Origin: Pseudoalteromonas tetraodonis
GTDB taxonomy: Bacteria > Pseudomonadota > Gammaproteobacteria > Enterobacterales > Alteromonadaceae
Assembly: GCF_002310835.1 (NCBI RefSeq)
Contig: NZ_CP011042.1
Location: 660,001-692,000, forward strand
DNA length: 32,000 nucleotides
Direction: 5' to 3'
This document shows, piece after piece, positions 1-9,356 of the stretch. The stretch's first letter is position 1, and each line of letters opens with the position of its first letter. Under the pieces are notes generated by a model, which was not told where the DNA came from, did not search any database, and worked only from the letters and a program-made list of their open reading frames with translations. Position numbers and translations under genes: made by a program.

Positions 1-74
1 CTCATGGCGATATGATTTTGTTAAAGATGCGCTAAAAGAGTGGGATAATTAGAGTATTAAATAGCTTGATGTAA

Positions 75-106
75 AAAATAAAAAGGGCGCTTAGCGCCCT
101 TTTTTA
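75..106. terminator. Bidirectional rho-independent terminator just past the minE stop
   Basis: Hairpin GGGCGC-TTA-GCGCCC (85-99) is flanked by an A-run (75-84) and a T-run (100-105). It would work for minE on the minus strand and for a + strand gene entering from the left edge. Confidence 0.8.
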
Positions 107-370
107 TTATTTCTTTTCTTCGTCAGGTAATGTGACATTGAGCTCGAGTACCGCTAAATCGTCTTCATTTTGATCAAACTGAACTTGAACCGCATCGGCG
201 CCTACATTAACGTACTTACGAATGACATCAAGAATATCTTGCTTTAATTGTGGCAAGTAATCTGGTGTTCCACGCTGAGAACGCTCGTGCGCGACAATGA
301 TCTGCAATCGCTCTTTTGCTAATGACGCACTGTTTTTCTTTTCTGAGCGGAAGTAGTCAAGTAAAGACAC
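107..370 (-). CDS. minE: Cell division topological specificity factor MinE
   Basis: The translation [29 protein letters not shown]...LELNVTLP matches the E. coli MinE pattern ([24 protein letters not shown]). The ORF-track start at 382 is a TTG that overlaps minD. An in-frame GTG at 370 follows GGAGG by 4 nt and lies 1 nt after the minD stop, giving MSLLDYF.., so I prefer 370. Confidence 0.93.
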   Translation of the reverse strand: MSLLDYFRSEKKNSASLAKERLQIIVAHERSQRGTPDYLPQLKQDILDVIRKYVNVGADAVQVQFDQNEDDLAVLELNVTLPDEEKK

Positions 371-371
371 A

Positions 372-1181
372 TTAACCTCCAAATATCCGTTTGAATAAAC
401 CCTTTTTCTCTACATCTAAAAATCTAAATTCAACCGTTTCGCCTAATAAACGACTGATCGCATCAGCATAAGCTTGACCTGCGTCTGATTCGCTATCAAG
501 AATTACCGGTTGTCCAGAGTTTGATGCACTAAGCACTGCTTGAGATTCAGGAATGACACCTAGTAAGTCGATGGCTAGGATGTCCTGGATATCTTCAACA
601 GATAACATTTCACCTTTTGATACACGATCTGGATTATAGCGTGTTATTAGCAAATGCTCTTTAATGTTTTCTAATCCTTCTTCGGCACGTTTCGATTTAC
701 TGTGTAAAATGCCTAGAATACGATCCGAATCTCGTACTGACGAGACTTCAGGGTTGGTTGTAACTATCGCTTCATCAGCGAAGTACATCGCCATCATAGC
801 TCCGGCTTCAATACCTGCAGGAGAATCACAAACAATATAGTCAAAGTCTTCTTTTAACTCGTTCAATACGCGTTCAACACCATCACGGGTGAGTGCGTCT
901 TTATCGCGAGTTTGTGAAGCAGGAAGTAAAAATAACTTTTCTACACGTTTGTCTTTTATGAGTGCTTGATTAAGGTTAGCTTCGCCATTGATCACATTAA
1001 CAAAGTCATACACTACGCGACGTTCACAACCCATGATGAGGTCTAAATTACGTAAGCCGATATCAAAATCGATGATAACAGTTTTGTAGCCTTTTAATGC
1101 TAAGCCTGTACCAATTGCTGCGCTTGATGTTGTTTTACCAACACCCCCTTTACCCGAGGTAACGACAATTATTTTTGCCAT
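372..1181 (-). CDS. minD: Septum site-determining ATPase MinD
   Basis: N-terminus [18 protein letters not shown] carries the deviant Walker A motif. The protein is 269 aa with a C-terminal amphipathic tail ([11 protein letters not shown]). It sits in the conserved minC-minD-minE order. Confidence 0.97.
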   Translation of the reverse strand: MAKIIVVTSGKGGVGKTTSSAAIGTGLALKGYKTVIIDFDIGLRNLDLIMGCERRVVYDFVNVINGEANLNQALIKDKRVEKLFLLPASQTRDKDALTRDGVERVLNELKEDFDYIVCDSPAGIEAGAMMAMYFADEAIVTTNPEVSSVRDSDRILGILHSKSKRAEEGLENIKEHLLITRYNPDRVSKGEMLSVEDIQDILAIDLLGVIPESQAVLSASNSGQPVILDSESDAGQAYADAISRLLGETVEFRFLDVEKKGLFKRIFGG

Positions 1182-1186
1182 GAGAT

Positions 1187-1891
1187 TTATCCTTTAACCA
1201 AAGCTGAAATTTCTAAAGATTCATTTTTTTGTTGTATTTGAACTGCGTTACCCCAGTGTTCACCTTGCAGTGAGTCACTGATCCAGTAATTACCATTGAT
1301 TGAAACGAGTTCTGCTTCTAATTTATTACAAAATATGTATGCGTTTTCGAGCCCTTTTGCGCCGGCAATTGCACGCCCTCGTAGGGTTCCGTAAATATGT
1401 ACATTGCCATCGGCAATCACTTCTGCGCCATGGCTTACCGCGCCTAACACCACCAAGTCGCGGTCTTTGGCGTAAACTTGTTGGCCTGAGCGCACCGCAC
1501 CATTAATAATTTGCGCTGGTAAATACACGGTTTTTTCTACAACCGAAGTATTTGACTCTACTCTTGCGGGTTCACTCTTAACGTCTTGTGAATAGTTTAA
1601 AACAGATAACCCTGCGGCTTTTGCCTGTTTATGCTGTTCATCCGAACCATTACATACACCTACAGCATTAAAGCTCATGCGTTCAATAAGCGATTTTAAG
1701 TGAACAAAGTCGATTGCGCTGTTTTTTACTTCAATTAAATTGACGACAATGGGGGCACCCTCAAAGAACTTTGGGGCTTGGGCAATTTTTACATACAGTT
1801 GTTCTGCTAAAAGGTTAATATCAGTACTATAAAGATGTAAAACTGATAACGTAAAAAGGTTGCCTTTTAGCTCAAAAATTTGGTCCGACAT
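1187..1891 (-). CDS. minC: Septum site-determining protein MinC
   Basis: N-terminus MSDQIFELKGNLFTLSVLHL is close to E. coli [20 protein letters not shown]. The C-terminal beta-helix region reads RSGQQVYA..GAEVIADGNVHIYGTLRGRAIAGA. It lies 5 nt upstream of minD. Confidence 0.93.
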   Translation of the reverse strand: MSDQIFELKGNLFTLSVLHLYSTDINLLAEQLYVKIAQAPKFFEGAPIVVNLIEVKNSAIDFVHLKSLIERMSFNAVGVCNGSDEQHKQAKAAGLSVLNYSQDVKSEPARVESNTSVVEKTVYLPAQIINGAVRSGQQVYAKDRDLVVLGAVSHGAEVIADGNVHIYGTLRGRAIAGAKGLENAYIFCNKLEAELVSINGNYWISDSLQGEHWGNAVQIQQKNESLEISALVKG

Positions 1892-2046
1892 AGATGCTCA
1901 ACTGGATTGTCTAGTTAGCATGTAACTTTATATAAACCTAGGCTGAACAAGGCTTTTATTACAGTTTCCACACTAATTTTTATAACTTATTATTATTGCC
2001 ATGTTATAGTGTGTAGCACTGTTAAGCAAGATTTTATAGGGCCATA

Positions 2047-2328
2047 ATGCTAACTGCGGTATATAAAAGTAAGAAAAAAGCAGATACTTTCTTATTTATT
2101 GAAAAAAGAGACGATTTTAGTAAAGTTCCGGAACCTTTAATGGCCATGTTTGGTCAACCTCAGTACGTGATGATCATTAACTTAGCGAAGCGGACTCAAT
2201 TAGGCGTTGCGGATTTAGACACTTTAAAACAGTCGCTTAGCGACCAAGGCTATTATTTACAAATTCCGCCACCAGAGGAAAACTTGCTAAGTCAATTAAG
2301 AAAACAAAATGGAGCAGATAGTGATTAA
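2047..2328 (+). CDS. ycgL: YcgL-domain protein (UPF0745)
   Basis: The 93-aa product contains YKSKKKADTFLFIEKRDDFSKVPEPLMAMFGQPQ...QGYYLQIPPPEENLL, nearly colinear with E. coli YcgL ([37 protein letters not shown]). It is divergent from minC, as in enterobacteria. Confidence 0.85.
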   Translation: MLTAVYKSKKKADTFLFIEKRDDFSKVPEPLMAMFGQPQYVMIINLAKRTQLGVADLDTLKQSLSDQGYYLQIPPPEENLLSQLRKQNGADSD

Positions 2329-3337
2329 AAAATTAGCGGTTGTATTGTGTGGTGTGTGTTTAAGCTCATCGGTGATGGCAAAAACACAAGCTGAGTTTCA
2401 ACAATATCTTACTAATTTAAAGCAAGAGGCAATAGCAAAAGGCTACGATACTCAGTTAATTGAGCAAGCATTTGCCACTGCATCTTATAAAGAAAAAGTC
2501 ATTTCAGCAGACAAAAACCAGCCAGAAGTAAAAGAAACGCTGGAAACGTATTTACCAAAACGAGTACCGCAATGGAAAATAGATCGTGCGCGTAAATTGT
2601 ATAAAGAAAACCAAGAAGTCTTAGAAAAAGTAGCAAAAGACTTTGGTGTTCAAGCGCGTTTTATTGTGGCTATTTGGGGTTTAGAAAGTAATTTTGGCGC
2701 TATTCAAGGCGGCCACAATGTTATTTCATCCTTAGTAACTTTAGCATTTGATGGACGTCGTGAAGCGTTATACAAACGCCAATTGTGGGCAGCACTGGAT
2801 ATATTAAAGTCGGGACATATCACGCTTGATAAATTTAAAGGCTCGTGGGCGGGTGCAATGGGGCAAACCCAGTTTATGCCAACCTCATTTAATGCTTACG
2901 CCGTTGATTACAATAACGATGGCCGCAAAGATATTTGGACAACCAAAGAAGACGCGTTTGCTTCAATTGCAAATTACTTAAAGCAAGAGGGTTGGAATGA
3001 CAACTTAACCTGGGGTCGCCAAGTTCAATTACCTGCTGATTTTGACCAGCAGTATATATTAAAGCGCGGTACTAAAACCCGAAAGCAATGGCTAGAGTAC
3101 TGGGATAAATCAGAGCGCTCTTTAGCAGATTGGCAAGCATTAGGTGTTCGTCGTGTTGATGGCAGTGATTTACCTACGGTTGCTGTAGATGCAGCACTGG
3201 TGATGCCGGATGATATAAATGGACGCATGTATTTAGCATACGATAACTACAAAGTATTTATGCACTGGAATCGATCATATTACTTTGCAACCAGCGTAGG
3301 TTATTTGTCAGATAGAATTGCTTACCCAAAAATTTAA
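2321..3337 (+). CDS. Lytic murein transglycosylase (MltB/Slt35-like, GH103), exported
   Basis: Catalytic-region motif IWGLESNFG, then GAMGQTQFMPTSF and DYNNDGRKDIW, typical of MltB-family enzymes. The signal peptide is MIKKLAVVLCGVCLSSSVMA. GTG at 2321 lies 6 nt after GGAG. The ORF-track ATG at 2309 is an alternative start that overlaps ycgL by 20 nt. Confidence 0.85.
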   Translation: MIKKLAVVLCGVCLSSSVMAKTQAEFQQYLTNLKQEAIAKGYDTQLIEQAFATASYKEKVISADKNQPEVKETLETYLPKRVPQWKIDRARKLYKENQEVLEKVAKDFGVQARFIVAIWGLESNFGAIQGGHNVISSLVTLAFDGRREALYKRQLWAALDILKSGHITLDKFKGSWAGAMGQTQFMPTSFNAYAVDYNNDGRKDIWTTKEDAFASIANYLKQEGWNDNLTWGRQVQLPADFDQQYILKRGTKTRKQWLEYWDKSERSLADWQALGVRRVDGSDLPTVAVDAALVMPDDINGRMYLAYDNYKVFMHWNRSYYFATSVGYLSDRIAYPKI

Positions 3338-3353
3338 GCTAAGACGAATAACT

Positions 3354-3378
3354 AAAAAGCCGCTCATTGCGGCTTTTT
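3354..3378. terminator. Bidirectional terminator between convergent transglycosylase and regulator genes
   Basis: AAAAAGCCGC-tcatt-GCGGCTTTTT is a perfect 10-bp stem including the A and T tracts. It sits between the stop at 3337 (+) and the stop at 3385 (-). Confidence 0.85.
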
Positions 3379-3384
3379 AATGGT

Positions 3385-3933
3385 TTACTGCTCTTTTTTG
3401 AATATTTTATCTTTAAGGTCAATGACTTTGCCAATGCCTGAACCTAGCTTCATTAGTTTGTTGAGCTGCTCTGGGGTTAAGCGTTGTAATTCTGACGACC
3501 ATTTAGTCACTGTTTCAAGTAAGTTATGAATTTCGCCCATTTGTTTTTGTGCATAAATTTCATCGTCGTTACTTGCTTCATCTAATAAATTATCTCTGAG
3601 TAAGCTAAGCGTAGGTTCTACTTCACGCTTTTTACGTTCTTCAAACACGCGATTAGCCATATCCCAAATATCGCCTGCAGGTGCATAGTATTCTTTTCTA
3701 TCTCCTGGGATATGCATTACCTTGATCAGCTGCCAAGATTGTAATTCTTTAATTCCCATACTTACGTTACCGCGTGAAATACTCAGCGCATCTGCGATTT
3801 GGTTTGCCGTCATTGGATCTTTGGTAATAATAAGTAACCCGCACATTTGGCCGATTGTACGATTAAATCCCCAGCGGCTGCCCATCTCGCCACAATGCAT
3901 TACAAAGGCAAAGTTTTTTTCTGATAATGTCAT
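3385..3933 (-). CDS. GbsR/MarR-family winged-helix transcriptional regulator
   Basis: The N-terminal segment FVMHCGEMGSRWGFNRTIGQMCGLLII..MTANQIADALSISRGNVSMGIKELQSW is the GbsR-type wHTH pattern. The ORF-track start at 3948 is TTG, so ATG at 3933 (MTLSEKN..) is the more likely start. Confidence 0.75.
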   Translation of the reverse strand: MTLSEKNFAFVMHCGEMGSRWGFNRTIGQMCGLLIITKDPMTANQIADALSISRGNVSMGIKELQSWQLIKVMHIPGDRKEYYAPAGDIWDMANRVFEERKKREVEPTLSLLRDNLLDEASNDDEIYAQKQMGEIHNLLETVTKWSSELQRLTPEQLNKLMKLGSGIGKVIDLKDKIFKKEQ

Positions 3934-4069
3934 TGTTACAAGTTTCAAAAATAAATGAAATCTATGCTAGCACGCTGGTTAAGTATGGCAAGCGTTTAGC
4001 TTGGATAAAAAACCACGTTTTACGACTAATGATTGATATAGATTAATATTTAAGCATTTATAGTGGGTT

Positions 4070-4089
4070 ATGTTGCGGGTATGCAACAT
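4070..4089. promoter_or_regulatory. Candidate operator in the divergent regulator/ADH intergenic region
   Basis: Inverted repeat ATGTTGC-N6-GCAACAT (4070-4076 and 4083-4089). It lies about 60 nt upstream of the ADH start and about 140 nt upstream of the regulator start. This is positional inference only. Confidence 0.3.
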
Positions 4090-4149
4090 GACATTGTTGT
4101 TTAACGCCTTTGTTAAATAGCATAATTTTTTATAAACGATGGAATGACT

Positions 4150-5160
4150 ATGAAAGCAGCAATAAATACAGAATATAAAGGCAAGTTAGAAATCACCGAT
4201 TTACCAATCCCAGAGGTAGGTCCTAACGATGTGCTGGTAAAAATAGCCGCTTGTGGTGTATGTCACACCGATTTACATGCGTGTCATGGTGATTGGCCGG
4301 TAAAACCAAAAATGCCATTGGTACCAGGTCATGAAGGCGTGGGTGTGATAGAAAAACTAGGCAGTAATATTAAACATTTAGAAGTGGGCGACCGAGTGGG
4401 TGTACCTTGGTTGTATAGCGCCTGTGGCCATTGTGAATTTTGTTTAGATGGACGTGAAACCCTGTGTTTATCGCAACATAATACCGGTTACTCAATTGAC
4501 GGTGGTTATGCAGAATATTGTTTAGCACATGGTGATTACATCATCAAAATACCGGAAGGATTAGGCTTTGCTGAAGCTGCCCCGTTATTCTGTGCCGGCG
4601 TAACAACGTATAAAGCATTAAAAGTATCAGATGCAAAACCGGGTCAATGGGTTGCTATTGTTGGTGTGGGCGGTTTAGGTCACTTAGCGGTGCAATATGC
4701 AAAAGCAATGGGCTTTAATGTTATTGCTGTAGATACAGGCAAAGAAAAAATGGCCCTAGCTAAAGAGTTAGGCGCTGATATTACGCTTGATTTTAAAGAA
4801 GTGGTGCCAAGTGAGGCTATTTTTGAGCAAGTAGGTGGGGCGCACGCTGTTGTTTGTACCGCAGTATCAAAACCTGGGTTTGAACAAGCGTATAAAAGTG
4901 TTCGCCGTGGGGGCAAATGCGTATTAGTTGGCTTACCACCAGAAGATATGCCACTGCCAATTTTTGATACTGTGCTAAATGGTGTTTCTGTGGTTGGTTC
5001 TATTGTAGGTACACGTAAAGACCTGCAAGAATGCCTTGAATTTGCCGCACAAGGTAAAGTAAAAGCTATCATTGAAGAGAAAAAACTCGAAGATATTAAT
5101 GAAATTTTCGATGACATGCTCAAAGGCGAAATTAACGGTCGTATAGTTGTTACAATCTAA
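4150..5160 (+). CDS. adhP: Zinc-dependent alcohol dehydrogenase (AdhP-like, MDR family)
   Basis: Motifs [23 protein letters not shown] (structural Zn), [14 protein letters not shown] (NAD fold) and [11 protein letters not shown] are colinear with E. coli AdhP. ATG at 4150 gives MKAAI.., matching the AdhP N-terminus. ATG at 4144 is an alternative start. Confidence 0.88.
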   Translation: MKAAINTEYKGKLEITDLPIPEVGPNDVLVKIAACGVCHTDLHACHGDWPVKPKMPLVPGHEGVGVIEKLGSNIKHLEVGDRVGVPWLYSACGHCEFCLDGRETLCLSQHNTGYSIDGGYAEYCLAHGDYIIKIPEGLGFAEAAPLFCAGVTTYKALKVSDAKPGQWVAIVGVGGLGHLAVQYAKAMGFNVIAVDTGKEKMALAKELGADITLDFKEVVPSEAIFEQVGGAHAVVCTAVSKPGFEQAYKSVRRGGKCVLVGLPPEDMPLPIFDTVLNGVSVVGSIVGTRKDLQECLEFAAQGKVKAIIEEKKLEDINEIFDDMLKGEINGRIVVTI

Positions 5161-5176
5161 CTATACCAAAATATAG

Positions 5177-5206
5177 TGCGCACAAACCAACCTGGCTTGT
5201 GCGCAT
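5177..5206. terminator. Hairpin between convergent ADH and receptor genes (weak terminator)
   Basis: TGCGCACAA (5177-5185) pairs with TTGTGCGCA (5198-5206) across a 12-nt loop. There is no strong U-tract on either strand. Confidence 0.4.
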
Positions 5207-5210
5207 TGTG

Positions 5211-7631
5211 TTAAAGCGTATAACTAAAGCTTAACTTTGCATTTCTTTCCTCACCTGGCATACCGCCTAAAAACATGGCTTTAGAATAGTATTTTTTATT
5301 AAACAGGTTATTAATGTTTAATTGCATTTGCCAGTTGTCTGCTTTATAGCTAACTGCAGCATCATACACGGTATAAGCAGGGACGTAGCCGTTATCAATA
5401 CCGAACGAACTTGAGTTAGTACTGCGCTTATCAACAAACGTTAAGCCTGCGCTTAAATCTACTGCGTGAGGTAATTCAAATAACGCCGCAGAGTAAGTTA
5501 CCCATGAGCTAGCAGTTACATAAGGCACGCCTTTTTGGCGAGTATCAAAGCTTGTGCTGTTAGGGTTAGTTTTATCTCTAGCATCTTGATAAACACCGTT
5601 GATGTTAACTTTCCATTGATCGTTCAAATACGCATTTAAGTCAATTTCTACACCTTTGGTTTGTTCTTCACCATCAAAGAAACTTTCCACTACGTTTGGT
5701 GCAGACACGCCTGCTTCATAAAGTGGGTTGGCATATTCTAAATTAGTACGTGCACTTTCAAATACTACAATTGAAGCCAGTAATTGGTCATCAAACGCTT
5801 TAAAACGAAATCCTAAATCGTTACTAACAGATTCTGAGTCTTCTCTATCGGCTTCATTACCAGCAACAGAGCCAAGTACACTGTAGGCAGTACGACCTTT
5901 TGAGTGATTTAAAAATAAAGCCATGTCAGCGCTTAATTGATAAGTAGCCCCTAAATTGTACGTTAAACCGCTATCTGAGGTGTTTGCCTCTGGCGTTGGG
6001 TTTGCGCGGCTTTGACTATAACGTGGGTCAACACCAAAATGCTCGTAACTTTGTTTTATACGATTATGAGCAATCCCAATACGGGTGGTGATTTTATCGT
6101 TAATGTAGGCAACATGCTGAAGGCCTAAACCCCATGCTTGTACTTTTTTATTATAATCGCTGGTTTTAAGCGGATCGTAATTATTAAATTCACCTGTAGG
6201 CCAATTTGGCTGACGCATATCAAAAATATACGGCAGTGCGCCTTGGTAAATAACTTCACCGGCTTTGTTTTTAATGACTTTATCAGCATCGTAAATAGAA
6301 TATTGTTTAAAACGAATATCACGGTCTTCATAGTTGGCATTAACCAGTAATTCGTTTTCTATGTTACCGAGCATAAAGTCATAACGTAAATCTAAAAAGT
6401 ATTGCCATGATTTTTCATCCGCTTCTACTTGGCGGTACTCTTGGCGTCTGGCTGCAAAAGGGTATAACACGTCATCAACAACTAGCGGTGCGCGTGGGTC
6501 TTGGTTGATCACGCCGTTACGTTTCCAGTAAACGTAGTTGTAAGCACCTGTTTGGCGGGCAAAACTTGAGGTGTAATTACGGTACTGTAGTTGTTGATTA
6601 ACAAATAAATCATCACTAATGTAATAATTATGGGCTAATTTAAAACGCAGCTCTTCACCTTCGTTATCCTTTGCCATCGGTGATATTATGCCATTGGTGC
6701 CAAAGTTAAAGGGTGTTAAACCATCATTGCTTGCCAAAGAGTTAGCTAGTTCATTTCGTTGTGCTTCACTCAATTGTAAGCCACTTGCTGTAGGGTCATT
6801 CACTAAATCGGCGCCTGATACTTCACCTGCAGTTAAACCGTTTACCGATTCACTGTTAAAAATACGAATAGGATGGCCGATAGAATCCACAGCAATGGCG
6901 TCCTTGATATAGGCTCCCGATAACACAAACGCATGTTGATCATTTAGTACATATTTTAAAGACGAATAAATTTCATCACGTTGTTCTTTTAAATCACGAA
7001 AGCCATCGCTAGAGGCGGTTTTTGCCATGACTCGATAAGCTAAGTCGTCTGTTATTGCATTGGTGCTATCGAGTGCCAGTGAATAACTATCCCACTGACC
7101 AATATCCATTTCTAAGGTATGTTGTTCGTTAAACTGTGGCTTTTTTTCAATCAGGTTAATCACACCACCAGCACTGCCCATGCCATATAAACCAGTTGCT
7201 GGGCCTTTTAATACTTCAATTGATTCAACATTGGTTAAAGAACGCGTTGGATTAAAGGTATTGCCTAATCCTGCACCACCGTACATGCCATCATAGGTAT
7301 AATTAGCACCTAAACCACGAATTACTAAATTATCACCAATGCCATAGTTGTTACCGGCTTGCGTTAAACCACTTACATTTCGGATCACATCTTGTAAACT
7401 ATCAATACCTTGCGATGCAATTAGCGCTTTATCAACAATGACCACGGGTGCAGGGGTTTCCATTAGTGACATATCAGATTTAGTGGCCAAACCTGAGCTC
7501 ATTACCACTCGGTTTTGTTGCTCGTAAACACTAATACGTTCAATATCGGAATTAACTTGTGACTCGTTTGCCAATGCCAAGTGCGCGTTTAAGCACGCGA
7601 GTGTGAGTAGTGAGTATTGAAACCTTTTCAT
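5211..7631 (-). CDS. TonB-dependent siderophore-type outer-membrane receptor
   Basis: 806 aa with signal peptide MKRFQYSLLTLACLNAHLALA and a TonB-box-like IERISVY. Plug motifs are METPAPVVIVDK..SLQDVIRNVSGL..IRGLG..IEVLKGP. A long beta-barrel region follows, and a Fur box lies upstream. Confidence 0.9.
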   Translation of the reverse strand: MKRFQYSLLTLACLNAHLALANESQVNSDIERISVYEQQNRVVMSSGLATKSDMSLMETPAPVVIVDKALIASQGIDSLQDVIRNVSGLTQAGNNYGIGDNLVIRGLGANYTYDGMYGGAGLGNTFNPTRSLTNVESIEVLKGPATGLYGMGSAGGVINLIEKKPQFNEQHTLEMDIGQWDSYSLALDSTNAITDDLAYRVMAKTASSDGFRDLKEQRDEIYSSLKYVLNDQHAFVLSGAYIKDAIAVDSIGHPIRIFNSESVNGLTAGEVSGADLVNDPTASGLQLSEAQRNELANSLASNDGLTPFNFGTNGIISPMAKDNEGEELRFKLAHNYYISDDLFVNQQLQYRNYTSSFARQTGAYNYVYWKRNGVINQDPRAPLVVDDVLYPFAARRQEYRQVEADEKSWQYFLDLRYDFMLGNIENELLVNANYEDRDIRFKQYSIYDADKVIKNKAGEVIYQGALPYIFDMRQPNWPTGEFNNYDPLKTSDYNKKVQAWGLGLQHVAYINDKITTRIGIAHNRIKQSYEHFGVDPRYSQSRANPTPEANTSDSGLTYNLGATYQLSADMALFLNHSKGRTAYSVLGSVAGNEADREDSESVSNDLGFRFKAFDDQLLASIVVFESARTNLEYANPLYEAGVSAPNVVESFFDGEEQTKGVEIDLNAYLNDQWKVNINGVYQDARDKTNPNSTSFDTRQKGVPYVTASSWVTYSAALFELPHAVDLSAGLTFVDKRSTNSSSFGIDNGYVPAYTVYDAAVSYKADNWQMQLNINNLFNKKYYSKAMFLGGMPGEERNAKLSFSYTL

Positions 7632-7666
7632 AGAGTGATAACCATTCGCATTTGTTAATTTTCGTG

Positions 7667-7685
7667 AATGATAATGGTTATCATT
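7667..7685. promoter_or_regulatory. Fur box overlapping the receptor promoter
   Basis: AATGATAAtggTTATCATT is a 19-bp perfect 8-3-8 palindrome matching the Fur consensus GATAATGATAATCATTATC. It lies 36-54 nt upstream of the start at 7631. On the minus strand, TTGAAC (7703-7708) followed by 17 nt and then AATGAT (7680-7685) is a plausible -35/-10 pair, with the -10 inside the box. Confidence 0.65.
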
Positions 7686-7873
7686 TTAAAATAAAATAAA
7701 AAGTTCAAACTTTTTTACTTTAATGGGTGTGTTTGCTTGATAGTTATACAATGTGATTTAAAAACAATCACATTTAAAAATATTAACGGGGTATTGCAGT
7801 CGCTAGTTGGCTTTACCAAGAGAGAATTTAAATAAAGTATTGATGATTAAATGGGCAGTTTAGCTACATTAGC

Positions 7874-7909
7874 TAAAAAATTGTTAAGGTTGAGCTAAGC
7901 TCAACCTTA
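7874..7909 (-). terminator. Terminator of the amidohydrolase gene
   Basis: TAAGGTTGAGC-taa-GCTCAACCTTA (7885-7909) is a perfect 11-bp stem. On the minus strand it is followed by AACAATTTTTT. Confidence 0.65.
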
Positions 7910-7925
7910 TAAAGATGTATTGGGT

Positions 7926-9206
7926 TTACTGCTTGTAAACGACACCGGCTTTCATTACAAAAGGAATACGCTCTAGTGTAGAAATATTTTTAAGTGGGTT
8001 AGCACTCACCGCTATAATATCAGCAGCAAAACCAGTTTTAATTTGCCCCAGTTGTGAATCTGCCTTTAGTAATTTAGCACTATTAATGGTCGCGGCTTGA
8101 ATAGCTTGTAATTCACTCATACCAAATTCAACCATTCGCGAGAACTGTTTCGCATTATCACCATGTGGATAAATAGCCGCATCTGTACCAAATACCATGT
8201 TAACCCCAGCTTCAACGGCGCGTTTAAAGCTGTCTCTTTGCTTTTTAGAAACAAGGCGTTCTTTATTTAGGTTCTCTTCATCTACCCCATTTTGCTCACC
8301 AAAGCTCAGTGTATATTCAGTATTGTAAATATCCATAGAGAGCCAAGTACCGTGCTTTATAGCAAGCTCAATCGCTTCATCGTCTAAAAAGCTAGCATGC
8401 TCTACGCTGTCTACACCGGCTTTAATGGCTGTTTTAATGCCGTTAGTGCCGTGTGCGTGAGCCGCAACAGGTAATTCTCGCATGTGCGCTTCATCCACAA
8501 TGGCTTTCATTTCTTCAAATGCGTATTGTTGTATGCCCACCTTTGTGCCTTTAGAAAATACCCCACCAGTTGCACATAATTTAATTGCATTAGCGCCATA
8601 TTTAATATTTTCACGTACTTTAATGCGAACAGCCCATGGGCCATCAGCAACCCCCGAGGCGGTATATTTCATTTCTGGAGGCAAACGATTATTGTCACAG
8701 TGTCCGCCAGTAATCCCCAAAGAAGGGCCTGCAGCCCAGATGCGAGGGCCAATAATATCACCTGCATTAATGCCGTCGCGAACCGCAATAACACTAAAGC
8801 CTTCTGCACCTAGGTTACGCACTGTGGTAAAGCCGGCTTCTAATGTTTTTTTAGCAAAGTAACTGGCTTTAATAGCCATACGCGGTACTGATTGGCCTAT
8901 ACGTTCACTGCGCGAAACGGTTGGATCGCTGGTTAAATGCACATGCATATCCATCAACCCCGGCATTACGGTGAGTTCAGGTAGGTTAATCAGTTCATCA
9001 TTACTGGTAAGCGTTGGCTGTTTATTAAATTGGATTTGGCTTATTACACCCTCGTCAATCGCGATTAACGGATTAGCTTTTAGCTCTCCAGTTTTTACAT
9101 CAAGCAAAGCTTTGGCCGATATATAGGTGGTTGCCAGTGTACTTGCGCTGGTTAAGCTCAGTAATGCGATTGATGTAGTTAGTAAATGTTTTTTTATTTT
9201 GATCAT
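7926..9206 (-). CDS. Exported amidohydrolase-superfamily metallohydrolase (COG1228-like)
   Basis: 426 aa with signal peptide MIKIKKHLLTTSIALLSLTSASTLA. It has the HxH metal motif (LMDMHVHL), later AAHAHG, and the C-terminal GTDA..GFAADII pattern typical of amidohydrolase-fold enzymes. Confidence 0.85.
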   Translation of the reverse strand: MIKIKKHLLTTSIALLSLTSASTLATTYISAKALLDVKTGELKANPLIAIDEGVISQIQFNKQPTLTSNDELINLPELTVMPGLMDMHVHLTSDPTVSRSERIGQSVPRMAIKASYFAKKTLEAGFTTVRNLGAEGFSVIAVRDGINAGDIIGPRIWAAGPSLGITGGHCDNNRLPPEMKYTASGVADGPWAVRIKVRENIKYGANAIKLCATGGVFSKGTKVGIQQYAFEEMKAIVDEAHMRELPVAAHAHGTNGIKTAIKAGVDSVEHASFLDDEAIELAIKHGTWLSMDIYNTEYTLSFGEQNGVDEENLNKERLVSKKQRDSFKRAVEAGVNMVFGTDAAIYPHGDNAKQFSRMVEFGMSELQAIQAATINSAKLLKADSQLGQIKTGFAADIIAVSANPLKNISTLERIPFVMKAGVVYKQ

Positions 9207-9356
9207 TTTTATTATTTAATTATTTAAATTTACCTGAATGTAGCAATCATTAGCTATTGAGTAAATTATTTAGCGACGAATCCCACTCACCGTAATTGCT
9301 TTATTTAAGCCATTTAAAACCGCATAATTGGCGGGTAAAAACTAACAAGGATCTTT

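Noticed and set aside
2-52. An open frame enters from the left edge (..SWRYDFVKDALKEWDN, stop at 50-52), convergent with minE and sharing the bidirectional terminator.
   Set aside because: Only 16 codons are visible. It is probably the 3' end of a real gene, but it cannot be identified or supported from this window.
1300-1506. Antisense or shadow ORFs inside well-supported genes. These are 1300-1506, 3025-3228, 3722-3958, 4680-5123, 6125-6350, 6688-6912, 8482-8862, 10639-10851, 15511-15702, 19130-19528, 19964-20230, 20471-20734, 20887-21105, 21328-21672, 21806-22219, 22039-22236, 23018-23239, 24793-25083, 25332-25529, 27312-27497, 29063-29254, 29751-29936 and 31142-31339.
   Set aside because: Each lies wholly within or opposite a gene with strong family motifs. 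Their translations are low-complexity or Ser/Pro/Cys-rich mirror products, and none has a recognisable domain or RBS.
5211-5216. The siderophore receptor ends in ...SFSYTL rather than the usual terminal aromatic residue of outer-membrane beta-barrels.
   Set aside because: A terminal Leu occurs in some barrels, and there is no sign of truncation or frameshift (a clean stop, with a hairpin following).
7750-7774. Reading the TGTGA...TCACA repeat as a CRP binding site.
   Set aside because: CRP needs TGTGA-N6-TCACA, and here the pentamers are 11 nt apart. It is kept only as an unexplained inverted repeat.
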